From assembly GCA_011109175.1 (NCBI GenBank), contig RDEW01000023.1:556089-620088 (forward strand): a stretch of 64,000 nucleotides of DNA, in the 5' to 3' direction. Positions 1 through 12,719 of this stretch are shown here, piece by piece. A program made the translations under genes and the position numbers. The DNA comes from Dicyema japonicum (taxonomy: Eukaryota; Animalia; Dicyemida). The stretch's first letter is position 1, and the number at the start of each line of letters is the position of its first letter. A model generated the notes under the pieces. The model saw only the letters and a program-made list of their open reading frames with translations, did not search any database and was not told where the DNA came from.

Positions 1-417
1 ATTCAAAATTCTTTCATCAAAAGTACCATAAGGGTCAGCGGACCCATGATATTTCTTACATAATTGTTACATTTTTGTGGGGTAGGATTACGTCGTAGGC
101 TTAATTTTTGTTACTAGTTAATCTTCTTTAGGAAATCTGATCTCTCCCTTGTTATATTTATTTTTTTTATATTTATTAGTAGTGGACCCAACGAAGACTT
201 CTCGGTCGAAGTGGAACGTATCCTTTTTAACCATCATGTCCTTTACACGTATCTTTCATTATGTGAACCACTTTATTGGAGTAGGGAAAAGAGGGTCCTG
301 CTTGGATGCCCAGGAATTGGCCGTCTCCTATGTGGATCCATGATAACTATAGGAACTGAAAAAATCAAAGAGCTGAGAAGAAATCTTTCGACAACTAGGT
401 AGCGGTGTGGAAAATCT

Positions 418-570
418 ACTTTATTATTATTATTAAGGCACTTTCACGAAAGCCATAATGATTGTAGCCCCGCATGTGCAACACTCAAAGAAACAATATT
501 TATAGTTAGTCTTTTCCATCTTCCTCTGTCGAATGCGAGTGATCTCAATACTTTAGAATATCAAATCTAC
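418..570 (-). mobile_element. 3' end fragment of RTE-like LINE
   Basis: (TTA)n tail next to AAGGCACTTTCACGAAAGCCAT...CCCCGCATGTGCA, the same 3' motif as copies at 7714, 13595 and 47400; minus strand encodes RSLAFDRGRWKRL. Confidence 0.55.
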
Positions 571-861
571 TTTAGAATATTAAAAGATCCTTCAGAACAA
601 ACTCAAAAAGCTTTGAACGTTAAAAATAATTCAATGGAAGAAAGTAAATCAATGGATGAAGAATTGCAGATGTCAAGTTTTTCTACTTAGAAACTATAAT
701 TAGAGCTTATTGGCAAGCAAAAAATCCATTTTAAAAGAATATGGAAACCTCATTAAATTTTATCGATGTTTATCTGATAACTGCACTTATACACAGAGCC
801 ATGTTAGCTCAGGCAGGACACACTTTATTTCAAAACAGTTATTATAACTAATTGTAGATGG

Positions 862-1065
862 AGAGCTAAGGAATGCTCTTCACTTCTTTTTTTGGGTTAT
901 GTCTGGTTCCGCAGTGAAATGTTCACTGATGCGTGGAAACTTCCACCGAAATTTACAGTAGCGGGATTCGAAAAACTTGTCCATCAGGCCTCTTGCCCGG
1001 CACTCGTTTGTCTGATAGTGACTTTCAAAAATTAGAAATTTTCCACGTGTCGTCACTTTTTTTAT
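862..1065 (-). mobile_element. tRNA-derived SINE-like repeat copy (internally deleted)
   Basis: Shares GATGCGTGGAAACTTCCACC and CAGTAG..GATTCGAA with 58722-58935; its 5' part GCCGGGCAAGAGGCCTGATGG matches 18660-18680. Confidence 0.45.
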
Positions 1066-1794
1066 TTATTTTCGATTTTAGAAGCATCTTACATTTGTAG
1101 GAAAAAATTCCAAAAATNCACTCGTTTGTCTGATAGTGACTTTCAAAAAGTAGAAATTTTCCACGTCCCGTCATTTTATTAATTTATTTTCAATTTTAGA
1201 AGCATCTTACATTTGTAAACAAAAATTCCAAAAATAAAATATCTAAAGTCAGCTCATATAATCATACTAACTAGCGTCGTGGCTTCTAACTAATGATCCT
1301 CGAAGTCTTCGATTTTAGGGTTGATGGGATTCAAACTCGGATTATACGTTCATCCAACACTTCACTTGTTCAGAAGTGTGAGTTTCCAATGTCTCTTGAG
1401 TTCGTTATCACGTCTATACTCACAAAAGAGGGAAAACAAAGGTCTCTCTCAGAGACCATTTCTGTTTCGTTCCAATCGCTCTTGAAACCTCTGGAGTGGT
1501 TGAGATATTGAGTAATGGAACCGTTGTCGATATCAAAGGCTCACAAAAGAGGGAAAACAAAGGTCTCTCTCAGAGACCATTTCTGTTTCGTTCCAATCGC
1601 TCTTGAAACCTCTGGAGTGATTGAGATATTGAGTAATGGAACCGTTGTCGATATCACGGGCGTAATGCACCTGCGACAGGTACTGATTCGGAAATTGTTT
1701 AGGAATGCCATAGCATGTTGAAGTGGTCATTTTCTTCTGGTAGCTAGAGATTTTTTTAAATTGATTAAAAATATTTGTCCAAAAACATCAAAAA

Positions 1795-2026
1795 TTATTT
1801 ATTAATCTCAAAATTATTATCAATTGAAATATTAATATTCTTTTCTTTGATATATTTCTGTAAAAATAGAATAAATAAAAACCATAACACATTCCTGATA
1901 TGTCTTGAATTTGTCTCCACAATCATCTTCGAATTCTCCTTTGAGGAATTTATCTCTCAGCCATACTTTAAAGCATTTTTCATATTCAGCTTTCATTCCA
2001 TTGCAACGCGGATCGATGCTATCCAT
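1795..2026 (-). CDS. TRIAP1: TRIAP1/Mdm35 twin CX9C mitochondrial intermembrane-space lipid-transfer protein (2 exons, one 25-nt intron)
   Basis: Spliced product MDSIDPRCNGMKAEYEKCFKVWLRDKFLKGEFEDDCGDKFKTYQECVM|KYIKEKNINISIDNNFEINK*; twin CX9C and FLKG motif; intron gtttttatttattctatttttacag. Confidence 0.9.
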
Positions 2027-2189
2027 ACACGAGAATTACAACCTGTTTAGTAACTCTTTAGTATTTAAAAATTAATATTATTTTAATTAGTATTTTATTT
2101 AGTAAATTAAATTCTTTCTATAAGTTCACAAAAAAATAGATTTGGTTTCCAGACGACAACTCCCCGACCTCAGCTTCCTCTGAAAGAAA

Positions 2190-3960
2190 GGCATATATAT
2201 CTTACTTTCGGGCAATGTTGAGCTGAATCCAGGGCCTCAACTAACCATACTGCAACTGAACGTCAATGGAATAAGATGGAAAGTACTATAGCTACGGACA
2301 TAACTAAAAAACAAAGTATCGATGTGACTGCCATCCAAGAAACCAGACTAATACCTTCTTCCATAACTCCTTTTTTCCCGGGATACAACTGTATCCGCTT
2401 GGATCGGTTAAACTGAATTGGCGGAGGTCTCCTGCTCATTATCAAAAACAGTTTGCATTATACAGATACCACAGGTGAATTCAAGGCGACAATTCAATAC
2501 GGCGTATCAGAACTCTGGATTTACCTTAAACACTAAATTTGGAATAACCATCATTGCCCTTATTAGAACAATTCTCTGCCTTGTCTATTCTTAACAACCC
2601 GAAGACCCACACTAGGATCCCATATAAGGATAACGAACGTTTTACCTCTCCGGATCTTACACTATCCACGGCTAACTTATCTTCGGCCATCTCATGGTCA
2701 GTAGACTACGACCTTAATTCGGATCAAAATCCAATCATCGTCAGGATTCAGAAAGCTTTTCCACACATGAACAAGACTATGTCCTTTTTCAAATACAAGA
2801 GGGCCAACTGGGAGAGATACGCCAATTTCACCGACACAATAATACAAAATTTTGATGCTAAACTGTTCAAATCAATTGCTGGAGCAGTCAAGTGCTTAAA
2901 CGAGGCGATCTATTGGGCAGAAAACTATTCCAAAATGCACTTTCAAACGCTACGACGAAAATATGGATCGGAAGGTAAAAATTCTCATCAAAGAAAGGAA
3001 CCTTCTAAAAAAGAATCTCCTTCCTATGTCTGATTAAGAAATCAAATCAAGAACCTCAGTGATGCTATCACTGAGAAGCTCAAAGCTTCACAAAGAAATA
3101 GATGGCAAAAACAAATCAAAATGCTTGAAAAAGAAAAATCTAACAACGCATGTAGAATCATCAAAAAATTCGGACCTTCCAAGCAGTGAACAAAAACAGA
3201 ACAGAAAAATCAACATGAATTGAACAAACTTATGAAATATTATGCTAAGATCTGCCACAAGAAATACTTGAGGATAAGTACGTATTTGACCCCCACAAGA
3301 GCAAAGAAATAAAGCTCACCTATTGCATAATTCACACTGAAGTTGCGACGGAAATTGCCAATACAAAATCATGCACCAGTACCCAGTACCCTCTGTTCGA
3401 ATCGGATAAAAGACTCGGAAACAGATCTATTGACTTATATACTAACAATACCAAAATCTTTTTCACAAAGAACCCATAGATTTTGGGCATCACATTTGAT
3501 ATCCAAATGTGTTTTTCCCACATATTGAAAAGACCATCGGGACCTGCCAGAGGAAAATTGGACTGATCAAATCGCTATTTGGAGGTCTAATAAAGAATCC
3601 TTTTCCACCCATTGGATCCTTATACAAATAATTCATTGAACCGATCATTGCTTATGATATCCAAATGTGTTTTTCCCACATATTGAAAAGACCATCGGGA
3701 CCTGCCAGAGGAAAATTGGACTGATCAAATCGCTATTTGGAGGTCTAATAAAGAATCCTTTTCCACCCCTTGGATCCTTATACAAATAATTCATTGAACC
3801 GATCATTGCTTATGCCTGGGAATAAACGTCTCATGGACGAACTGTCTGAAAAATTGAAGCCTGTCTACGCCAGGCGGATACGTCAATAAAATACATGGCA
3901 AAACTGGAAGAATTATCCATACACAAACTAACTAATCACGTGATCCCAGCACTAATTCCT
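2190..3960 (+). mobile_element. Degenerate Ingi-like/I-group APE-RT LINE with N-terminal 2A-like peptide
   Basis: ILLSGNVELNPGP followed by APE motifs ILQLNVNGI, AIQETRL, FPGYNCIRLDR, SPDLT, SDQNPI; RT/C-terminal remnants follow; many stops and frameshifts. Confidence 0.8.
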
Positions 3961-4253
3961 TTAATTAACTGTTGGTGATTTTGAGTTAAAAAATCTTCAC
4001 AAAGGCCTCCATATATATTATTATTTCGCGAAATGGCTTTAGAAGATGAATGTATAATGTAGAATTGTTCAGAGGACCCCTTTAAATTTGGATGACTCTA
4101 TTGCAACACTGCCAGCAAACCATCCCGCNCTGTTGGTGATTTTGAGTTAAAAAAATCTTCACAAAGGCCTTCATATATATTATTATTTCGCGAAATGGCT
4201 TTAGAAGATGAATGTATAATGTAGAATTGTTCAGAGGACCCCTTTAAATTTGG

Positions 4254-4565
4254 ATGACTTTATTGCAACACTGCCAGCAAACCATCCCACCGGCTGTAGA
4301 GTATGCCTCTGTTGCGTGGAGATTCGCGCTATCAGAGATTATGCTTCACATAATCAACTCAATTTACCGAACAACCATTCGTATGCTGGGCACTCATACT
4401 GAATCATCAGTCAATCCCATACTCACAAAAGCTACGATCCATAATCGTGGATTCGAATTCCTCAGCGTCATAAAGATGGAATGCCTTTCGTCTGTTTCCA
4501 AGGCAAAAGAAAACCGATTGGCCCATAAAGTTCTCATCTCCAATCAGATTCCTCTTCAGGAATAA
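4254..4565 (+). mobile_element. C-terminal fragment of Ingi-like LINE ORF
   Basis: PAVEYASVAW resembles the post-RT segment KPTVEYACTSC of the 59170-61264 element. Confidence 0.45.
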
Positions 4566-5072
4566 AAGAAGATACTTTCGTATGGTAGCGGAAATAATAG
4601 AAGACCACAGAAGTTGGGTAACAAGTTAATTGCGGAAATTGGAATTATGTCTGTCTCATGAGTCCTAGTTTAGCGCTTGGATTTTTTGTCAGTATTCTCC
4701 TCTTAATAGCTCTTCTCAAGTTCTGATATGAGTCAAGAATTAGATTTTTAATCTTCTTATAAACAACATCTCGTAGAAGGCCGACCAGACCATCCTCCTT
4801 TCCACTCAAAAACTCATCCAACCTTCACTAAAAGACAAAATTAATTGCCGCCTTTTTTGTCTTTTCAAAGTATATTGAGAATTTCCAGAACTACGTGATC
4901 CCAACACGTTCCAGTAGTGGGCTCAGCTCGTCATGGCGATCGTCTCTTTAGCCCACATAGGCACATACTTCATGAAGGTTATGTGGAACGAGGCAATTGC
5001 TAAAAATTATTCAGCAATTTGTAAAAGGATTTGTCTAAAAAATTTAAATATGGAAAAGCTGGTGTCAAGCTA

Positions 5073-5148
5073 TTGCGCAAATAATTTCTATTAAAAAAAA
5101 TTAAATTAAATATTTAATTGTTGTTTATTTAATTAAATAACCGCCAAA
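5073..5148. promoter_or_regulatory. Two E2F-like motifs upstream of the CDK1-like start
   Basis: TTGCGCAAA at 5073-5081 and CCGCCAAA (reverse complement TTTGGCGG) at 5141-5148, just before ATG 5154; short motifs, so chance is not excluded. Confidence 0.3.
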
Positions 5149-5153
5149 CATTT

Positions 5154-6315
5154 ATGGAGTTGTTTGTTAAAAGTGAACGTCAACGTAATCAACGAGATAA
5201 ACTATCATTTGTAATAATGATCTTAAATGTTAGATTAAAAACCGTTTTTACGTGCAAAAGAAGCTAGGAGAAGGTACATTATATTAATAAAAACAGGTAC
5301 ATATGGGATTGTCTACAAGGCATACGATCTTTTGCTTAACCAGGTCGTCGCAATCAAACAGTTCAGGATTCTCAATATTCACGACCCGGGAATTCACCCA
5401 ACCACACTTAGAGAAATCAGCATTATGAGAGAAATTAGACATCCAAACATTATGGGGTATTGTTTTTCACGTAGTTCAGTTTTTCTGAAATTTTGACTGG
5501 TCCTCGAGGAATTTACCTTATCATGGAGTTTATGTATGGGGGTGACTTGGCCCAGTTCATGAAAGCCCACAGAAGCAACCGTCAGCGAATTGATCCAGAT
5601 GAAATTAAGGTTTTATCTGTTTTTATTCGCAGTCTTTAAGCTTTCAGATTCTACTTGGGCTGGACTATTGCCATTCACGTAGAATTATCCACCGGGACCT
5701 CAAACCACAGAACCTTTTAATGGACGGTCGCGGAAATGTAAAAATAGGAGACTTTGGATTGGGTCGGGTAGTGGAAATCCCGATGGGAGTTTATACCCAC
5801 GAGGTTGTGACTCTGTGGTACCGCCCTCCTGAGATATTGCTCGGTGAAAAACGGTACTCGCTTGCATGTGACGTTTGGTCCGTTGGCTGTATAATTTCTG
5901 AAATGTTCTTGTTGTCAGTACTTTTTCAAGGAGATTCTGAAATTCATCAACTGTTTAAAATTTTTGAGTATTTGTGGTGATCATTTCGTAGAGTTTTGGG
6001 TACCCCATCGGAAATGATTTGGCCTGGGATTTGCAAGATGCCAGATTATTGTCAAAGTTTCCCTCGATGGCCGAAACGACAACTTGCTGGGGTATTGGAC
6101 AAATTCGTAGACTCACCTGAGGCATTCGAGATGATTGATGTTTGTTTGAAAGTTATTCTTAGAGCATGCTGACTTATGATCCCTCACAAAGGATGAGTAC
6201 TACAAGAGCTTTGGATTTACCATATTTTAATGATTTGGATAAGGAATCCTTTGATGGATTCGTTTATGCTAGAGATGTTTATAATGAGATGGTCAGGATT
6301 GTTTCTGGGATGTAA
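5154..6315 (+). CDS. CDK1: CDK1-like cyclin-dependent kinase (7 exons; introns 23,23,23,23,24,23 nt)
   Basis: Splicing six GT-AG micro-introns gives a complete open kinase: [67 protein letters not shown], ending GM-TAA. Five junctions match positions I recall for animal CDK1. Confidence 0.85.
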
Positions 6316-6699
6316 TTGTTTCTGTTTTTCTTTTTTAACTTATCATACTTCTATTTATTAATAAGAGGCTGTCTTTCAGATCGTGCCCTGGCGGACCATG
6401 GTAATTCAAAAAAATACGAACTGCTTACCAGAACGACGACAAGGATTTTTATCTATCATGAAGGTTAAATAGATATTTCATGTAATAAAGTTACGTCAAC
6501 CTTCAAGTCAATTTATTCAATTTGAAATTTTCAAAGAATCTTTTTCGACAATGACATTAATGAAGCAAAGTACACTGTTCAGATGTCTAGGCATGTGTTA
6601 AAATCCATTATGTATAAAGTTAGTGAAGGCTTATAAGTGGGTCGAAGTAGACCTTGCCGCTTTAAATATGTTGAAATACCATATACAGGAAAGAGTCTT

Positions 6700-7010
6700 T
6701 AATTTTTGAGTCTTTAACTTACCAGGATTTTCGACAGAGTGACGCGGCTAGCCTATAGGAAGCGGACCCTTCTTTGTTCTTCCTCGTTTGAGAATAGGGC
6801 AGAGGTGTGGTTGCTTCCACAAGGTTTTATCGATAGAGTGATTGTATATCCTCGCCAATGTAGTGATCCCCTAATCACCAGGATTCTTTAGTCGGATCAT
6901 TGGGATTTCGTCCGGCCAGTTAGAGGAGATTGTTTTTACAAGCTTCAACACATACTCCAATCGTTTTCCGTAAAGTATATAGATTCCGGCTCCTTTTTCT
7001 GTTTACTGGG
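6700..7010 (-). mobile_element. Decayed RT N-terminal fragment of an APE-type LINE
   Basis: WPDEIPMIRLKNPGD*GITTLARIYNHSI...CPILKRG and ASYRL, parallel to SAGPDNIKVVLLKNLGDVGVGFL at about 62590. Confidence 0.6.
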
Positions 7011-7713
7011 AGGTATGTGTGGTACTCTGACTTTTTATGATTCTTGTGGGAAATTTTTACGTAAAATTAAGTCAGCTTTCTGGTTTTTATTTCCTCGTTT
7101 AAATCCATCATTCGGTGTTTATCCTACGTAGTTGACCTAACAGCCCATATGAGTCGATTTCTTTCAGGAAGATGAAGACGAATTCAGGCGCGTCACCAGG
7201 GAGAGTATCTCTAGGAGGTAAGTGTCTAATTGACTTTTTTGAGTTGCATTAGGTTGCCTCTGGGCGTTTCCATATGCTTATGGATAACGCAGGAGTGCTC
7301 TTAGCTAATTAACTAAATTTAACATTTTATAATCTGAGATAACTAAGGAGGAGTACCNNNNNNNNNNNNNNNNNNNNNNNNNNNNNNNNNNNNNNNNNNN
7401 NNNNNNNNNNNNNNNNNNNNNNNNNNNNNNNNNNNNNNNNNNNNNNNNNNNNNNNNNNNNNNNNNNNGGAGTGCTCTTAGCTAATTAACTAAATTTAACA
7501 TTTTATAATCTGAGATGACTAAGGAGGAGTACCATAGAGACCCCTCGCGCCTGTTGAGGACAACAGAGATCTTTTAATTAGTTGGTTTAACTACTAATAA
7601 ATAATTTTAGGACAGGACGTGAATACTTACATTCAAGATACGAAAGTCAAGTGTGGACTAGATGAGTTGCATAATGATTACCGAATCATCCTCTATCAAC
7701 AGAATCTCACTAC

Positions 7714-7951
7714 AATTATTATTATTTAAGCACTTCACGAGAGCCATGCTACTTATACCCCCGCATGTGCATCAAAAGAAACAATGTTAGATGTCATCCT
7801 TTTCCATGCTCCCCTGTTCCTAGCAAAGGCTCTCATAGTGTCAAGGTCGTCGGGAGTTTTTAAATTTTTTTTAATATTAACCAGGTCTTTTTTGTAAAAC
7901 TATTGGTAGGGTTGTTATAGGTCTTCCACGATAGCGGCCTTCTTGACTAAC
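7714..7951 (-). mobile_element. 5'-truncated RTE-like insertion with target-site duplication
   Basis: Close match to 13595-13830; flanked by direct repeat AATCTCACTAC (7703-7713 and 7952-7962) and a (TTA)n tail. Confidence 0.8.
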
Positions 7952-8043
7952 AATCTCACTACTATTGAAATTCAATATACAAGTGTTATTGTGTGGACGA
8001 CTGGATGATAGTCTCATCCATATGTGGGAACTTAATTAGTATA

Positions 8044-9087
8044 CAGTAAACCCCCACTCATCCGAACTTCAATAATCCGAATTTTTTTGATAAGTCAGCG
8101 AAATTTTACTGTTTCCATACCAATAGGCTTCAATAAACTGAAACTTTATAATCCTCAATCTGATAGACTTTACTAAAAATTTCGGATTATTTATTTGGTT
8201 TATATTCTACATTTAAATGAATTTACATTTTAAATTTGTATTTGATGAAAGCTTGAGTCCAATTATCTTGAATTTAGTAAAGTCTATACAAATTTAAAGT
8301 AAGATTTAATCTTAAACTAAAAGTTCTTGGAAAAGTTAGCACAAGATGAAATTAATTTTAATAGACTCTTAAAATAAAAGTTCTTATTGGAGAAGCTAAC
8401 AGCTTAGCACAAGATGAAATTAATTGTAATAGACAAGATATGATTGATAAGTTAAAATAAATTGACCCTGAAGTATTTCTAAACATGGATGAAACTTGAA
8501 TCTATGCTAATGCAACTGAAACAATAAAAATTAAACTTATTGTCATTGGGCATAGCAATACCAAATTGTGTAAAAGATTTTGATTTTGAAAATTATTGTA
8601 CTATGCAAAAAAAGGATGACAGCAGAACGTTTTAATGTTTCATTAGCTATCCTATTGATGAATTAAAATTTTACGAAAAAAGTTTTTTACTATTTTGGAT
8701 TATGTGGAAGCTCTTGATTTGAAAAAAAAATTTTTTGTGAATTTACGAAAAATCATCATTATGGTACAGGGGCAATTAAATGTCTTTATTAATTTGATAA
8801 TGAAGATATCATGCAAGATTCTGTTTTAAATAACTACTGGAAGAACTGGAAAAACTTGCTAATGAGAAATAACTCAGAAATGCCCGAACAGAACGAAATC
8901 GTTATTTTTTGTGAAGATTATAATGTCAACGAAAAAACTATTAATGCTAAAAATGGAGAGATTATTATATATGAAAACATAAATATTAATTACAATGAAA
9001 TTATTATATTTATTCCCCTCAATCCGACAACTTTCACAATCCGAAAGACATCAAAATTTTTTTGTTCGGATTAATGAGGGTTTACTG
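8044..9087 (+). mobile_element. Degenerate pogo/Tigger-like (Tc1/mariner) DNA transposon
   Basis: Imperfect 24-bp TIRs CAGTAAACCCCCACTCATCCGAAC / GTTCGGATTAATGAGGGTTTACTG, TA on both flanks; internal NMDET motif near 8482. Confidence 0.8.
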
Positions 9088-9199
9088 TATTTGACATTTT
9101 GTTCCTGTGATAATATTAATAATAATATGTTTTCCATTTGTGTAACCAAATAAATTTACGTTGCATATTATACTTATTAAAATCAACGTCATAAAATTC

Positions 9200-9390
9200 A
9201 GGTGCGGGAATAACGATTTCGTTTCCATACACTAAGGCTGACTCCTCCCCGTACGACAGGTGTACAAGCCGGCCAATTTATGACGCTCCCATCAAGCAAG
9301 TCTCCAAAATACAGTCCTTCCTTAACAATTTGAAGGCATTCGATATATCAAGCTTCAGGCCTAGGCATCGGGCTTGGCGATTATTCTCTC
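9200..9390 (-). mobile_element. CRE-like RT fragment
   Basis: Minus strand reads LKLDISNAF...LVHLSYGEESALVYG, typical of CRE RT domains 3-4. Confidence 0.55.
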
Positions 9391-10105
9391 TGAAGAAACT
9401 CCTTGTTGCGTGCACAGTTGTTTCATTTGCAATTACATAAATTTTATATTATAGCATCACGTTGTTCAATTGTGTAACTAAATAACTTCTACGTCGCATA
9501 TTACACTTTTTATTAACACCAACGTCATTGCAGCACAATAGTACAACACAGGTAGTTACACAAGAGTATTGTCAGCAAAAATCAATACTTAAATTTTTTT
9601 GTTAATCTCATTGCTGCTTGTTCACATGTCATCAAAGTCATTGACTACAAATATCCCGCCAATTAATATAAAACATGTAAGACTAATAATTTCTTAGAGT
9701 TGCCTGAGGATTAGCTTATTTAACAAAAAATATTGGAATTGAAACAGCTCGAACGCTTACCAATATGCTACCAGCCCTTATTGATTTCAAAACTAATTTA
9801 TAATATTATTCTGACAGATTCTTTCAATTTTGGGCTAGACGAGAATCAAACACGTGATACGACACGCCTTCTTATCAGAACCTCGGGTTTCTAAAATCTC
9901 GTGAGTCGATCTTGTCCATGCTTACAAGAAAGAAGATAAAGACTTTCAACTAAGTAGAAATTCCGTACAATGAGTTACATTACCACCTCAACCCCTTGGA
10001 GAATTTAACAACGTGGCTAAAACAATTAATAAACTTGATGAATATTTTTTAAATAAAACTTAATTAATTAAAACATAAATATATTTTAATCAAAAAATAT
10101 TACTT

Positions 10106-12100
10106 TTAGAACACATAGCCCATTCCAAATTTTCTACTATCACCCCATGCTTCGGAATTATCACCGTCATATCTCGCTCCATTAACAATGTTTATTGGTT
10201 CATGCGATAAATTTATTGTATACCCCATATTTTCAAGTTTTTTTAAAATATCTTGATTAAAATTATCTAAATTCATTTAAATAGAATGTCAACTTTCATA
10301 AATGATGTGTGGTTGGCTTAAAATGTGAATGCGAGCATCTTCAATTGATTCTTTCAAACTCATTCCACGGAAAATTACGTTAATTAAAACATAAGCTACT
10401 CCTAAAATGAACTTCAAAAGCAAACCGGTGACTATTCTTGTCCCATTAGTCCCTCCAATACTCCACATTCCCCCAGTATCCTTATCCATAATAATAATGG
10501 GAGACATTGCAGACCGCGGTCTCCGTCCTGGTGATGGATAATTATTCTAATGAATAAATTTGAGAGCAACCGTCATATTGGGAATTTCAGTGGGAAAAGT
10601 GAAGTCATCCATTTGATCATTCAGAATTATCCCATCTTCGGTCATCAAAAACGATCCGAACCAACGGTTAATTGACCTGAATATAATAGTTCTATGGTAC
10701 ATGGTCATTGATACTGCCTGTCCTGTTTTGTCGACTACGGAAATGTGAGATGTTCCAATAGTGTCATCATTAAAAGACATATCTGTTGATACAAAGCCTT
10801 CTTCGACTTGCCCCTGCATTACTGCGTTGTAAACTTTGTTAACAAATTGATCACTGCACATCATTATTATTTGAAACCTTAAAACCGTATTCAATTCTCT
10901 CTCAACTTCTGGTGAATTATCTCCAAATTTTTCTACTCCTTTATAAACGTGGCGAAACGTCTAAAATGAGACTGATCAAACTTCTATGATTTTTCTGTAT
11001 GTCTCGGCTCGCTTAAAATCCTCAGAATGAAAGTTAAACTTGTCAAGGACTTTTAAAACAACGAGAACAAAGCTTGAAATGCTTGGTGGAGGTACTGCAT
11101 ACAAATCCTTCCCTAAATTGATTGAGTGATAAAACCTCGAACGGATACGTGAATTGGGTCTTTGACATTTACTTCGTAGCTCTTTAGATCATTTAATGAC
11201 ATGATTCCCCCATGGCTTGCAACCTGAAAGGATAATAAATTGATATACCGTTGATATTATGTTCTCAGCGAATACACCATTATAAAATGGGTCAATCCCT
11301 TCGGATGCTATTATACTCAACGTTTCTGACAATTTTTCTCGTTCCACCTCATCTTTCTCTTTCTTAAAACAGCAGTTGTTGCTTTCATATGTTGTATAAA
11401 TGTTCGCAATGTTCTCATACCGTTTGAATTCCTCATATCTAATTTTTCTCATTGAGATGGCTACAAATGAACCATAACATATAACCCATGGAACGAGATA
11501 TCCCGACTCCTTCACTGAGCTTAATTGCGTCATGAAAAAGCTTAATCCAAGGCAGCCTACATACGTAATGAATCAAATAAACTTTCCATATCGTTGATGT
11601 ATCTCATATATTCCCTTCAGATATCCAGGAACTCCCACAGATAATCCTCCCTATAATCTAAAAAAATACAGTGAACAATTTTGGACTGATTTCTGTTTTT
11701 GAAAATGTCAGGTTTGATTATCATAGGAGCTGTTTCTCTAGCATCAAACACCTTAACGTCTCCAGAACTATTTCGAACGACGATAAAAGCTCCTCTAACA
11801 ATATTTAGACTATTAAACCCTCCAATTCCTGAACTCTGAGCATTAACAACCCCTATGCACAAGCTGATCGTAATGGCAGCGTCTACAGCAGATCCCCCTT
11901 CTTTTATAATGTTTTTTCCGTACACGGAACACACCGAGTCGCTACTACTAACAGATCCGTGCATCCTAGCTGACTTACAAATTAATTATTTTGATTACAT
12001 TGTTCCGAATTAGGACAGTGTCAGTTATGAGTGCGATAAAAACACACACAGCCATCGTTACAAGGAATATGACTATTAAGTGAAACTTGGTAATTATCAT
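10106..12100 (-). CDS. GGT: Gamma-glutamyl transpeptidase (type II membrane, about 14 exons, 13 introns of 21-27 nt)
   Basis: N-terminal TM anchor; GGSAVDAAI, NAQSSGIGGG, DARETAP, SVGVPG, autocatalytic TSHISV, GIILNDQMDDF, PGRRPRSAMSP, GDSRK; frame restored by micro-introns. Confidence 0.9.
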
Positions 12101-12719
12101 TAAAATTATTCAAACTAAACACTCAGTAACAGTTTAATTGATCGTTAGCGCTATTTTCTGATTTAAATAGATTGATTAACTTAAAATGCGTTTTGTGACG
12201 TGTTACCAATTAGCTAGGTATTTTTTTATATTTATTTTATTGAATCAAAATCACTTGGTTAAAAAAATAAGTGATCCATACAGACAAGATGAAGTTCGAT
12301 ACCAGAGAGGACGGGCATTATATACTGCTCTTTCACTAGGCTGATGACAGCTAATATTTTGTTGGATTTTCGAGGTGGCTGTTTAGTAGGTTGGTTTTCT
12401 TTAGGAATCAATAGTCAAGAGTTCTAGCAAAAGCACTTTAAGAGTCACAGACTCCGAATTAGGTCCCGCTGACTCAGTTGGTGGCTTCCTGCACTTTTGT
12501 AGGTCAATAGACTGCATATTATTTTTAAAATTAAATTTATTGAATCAGAAAACATGTATGATGACAAGGAAATGAATTAATTAGATAAAATAATTACCGA
12601 GGGACCTACTAACGTGATTGCTGCAATTGATCCTCAAATAACGTATCCTTTTTTTTACGAGAATCCTCACCAGCCATCTACCTGAATTCCACTTCTTTTT
12701 AGGACTGTGGGTTCGCCGC

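Noticed and set aside
7623-7680. ATACTTAC start resembling the U1 snRNA 5' end
   Set aside because: No U1 stem-loops or Sm site follow; it lies within a decayed retroelement region
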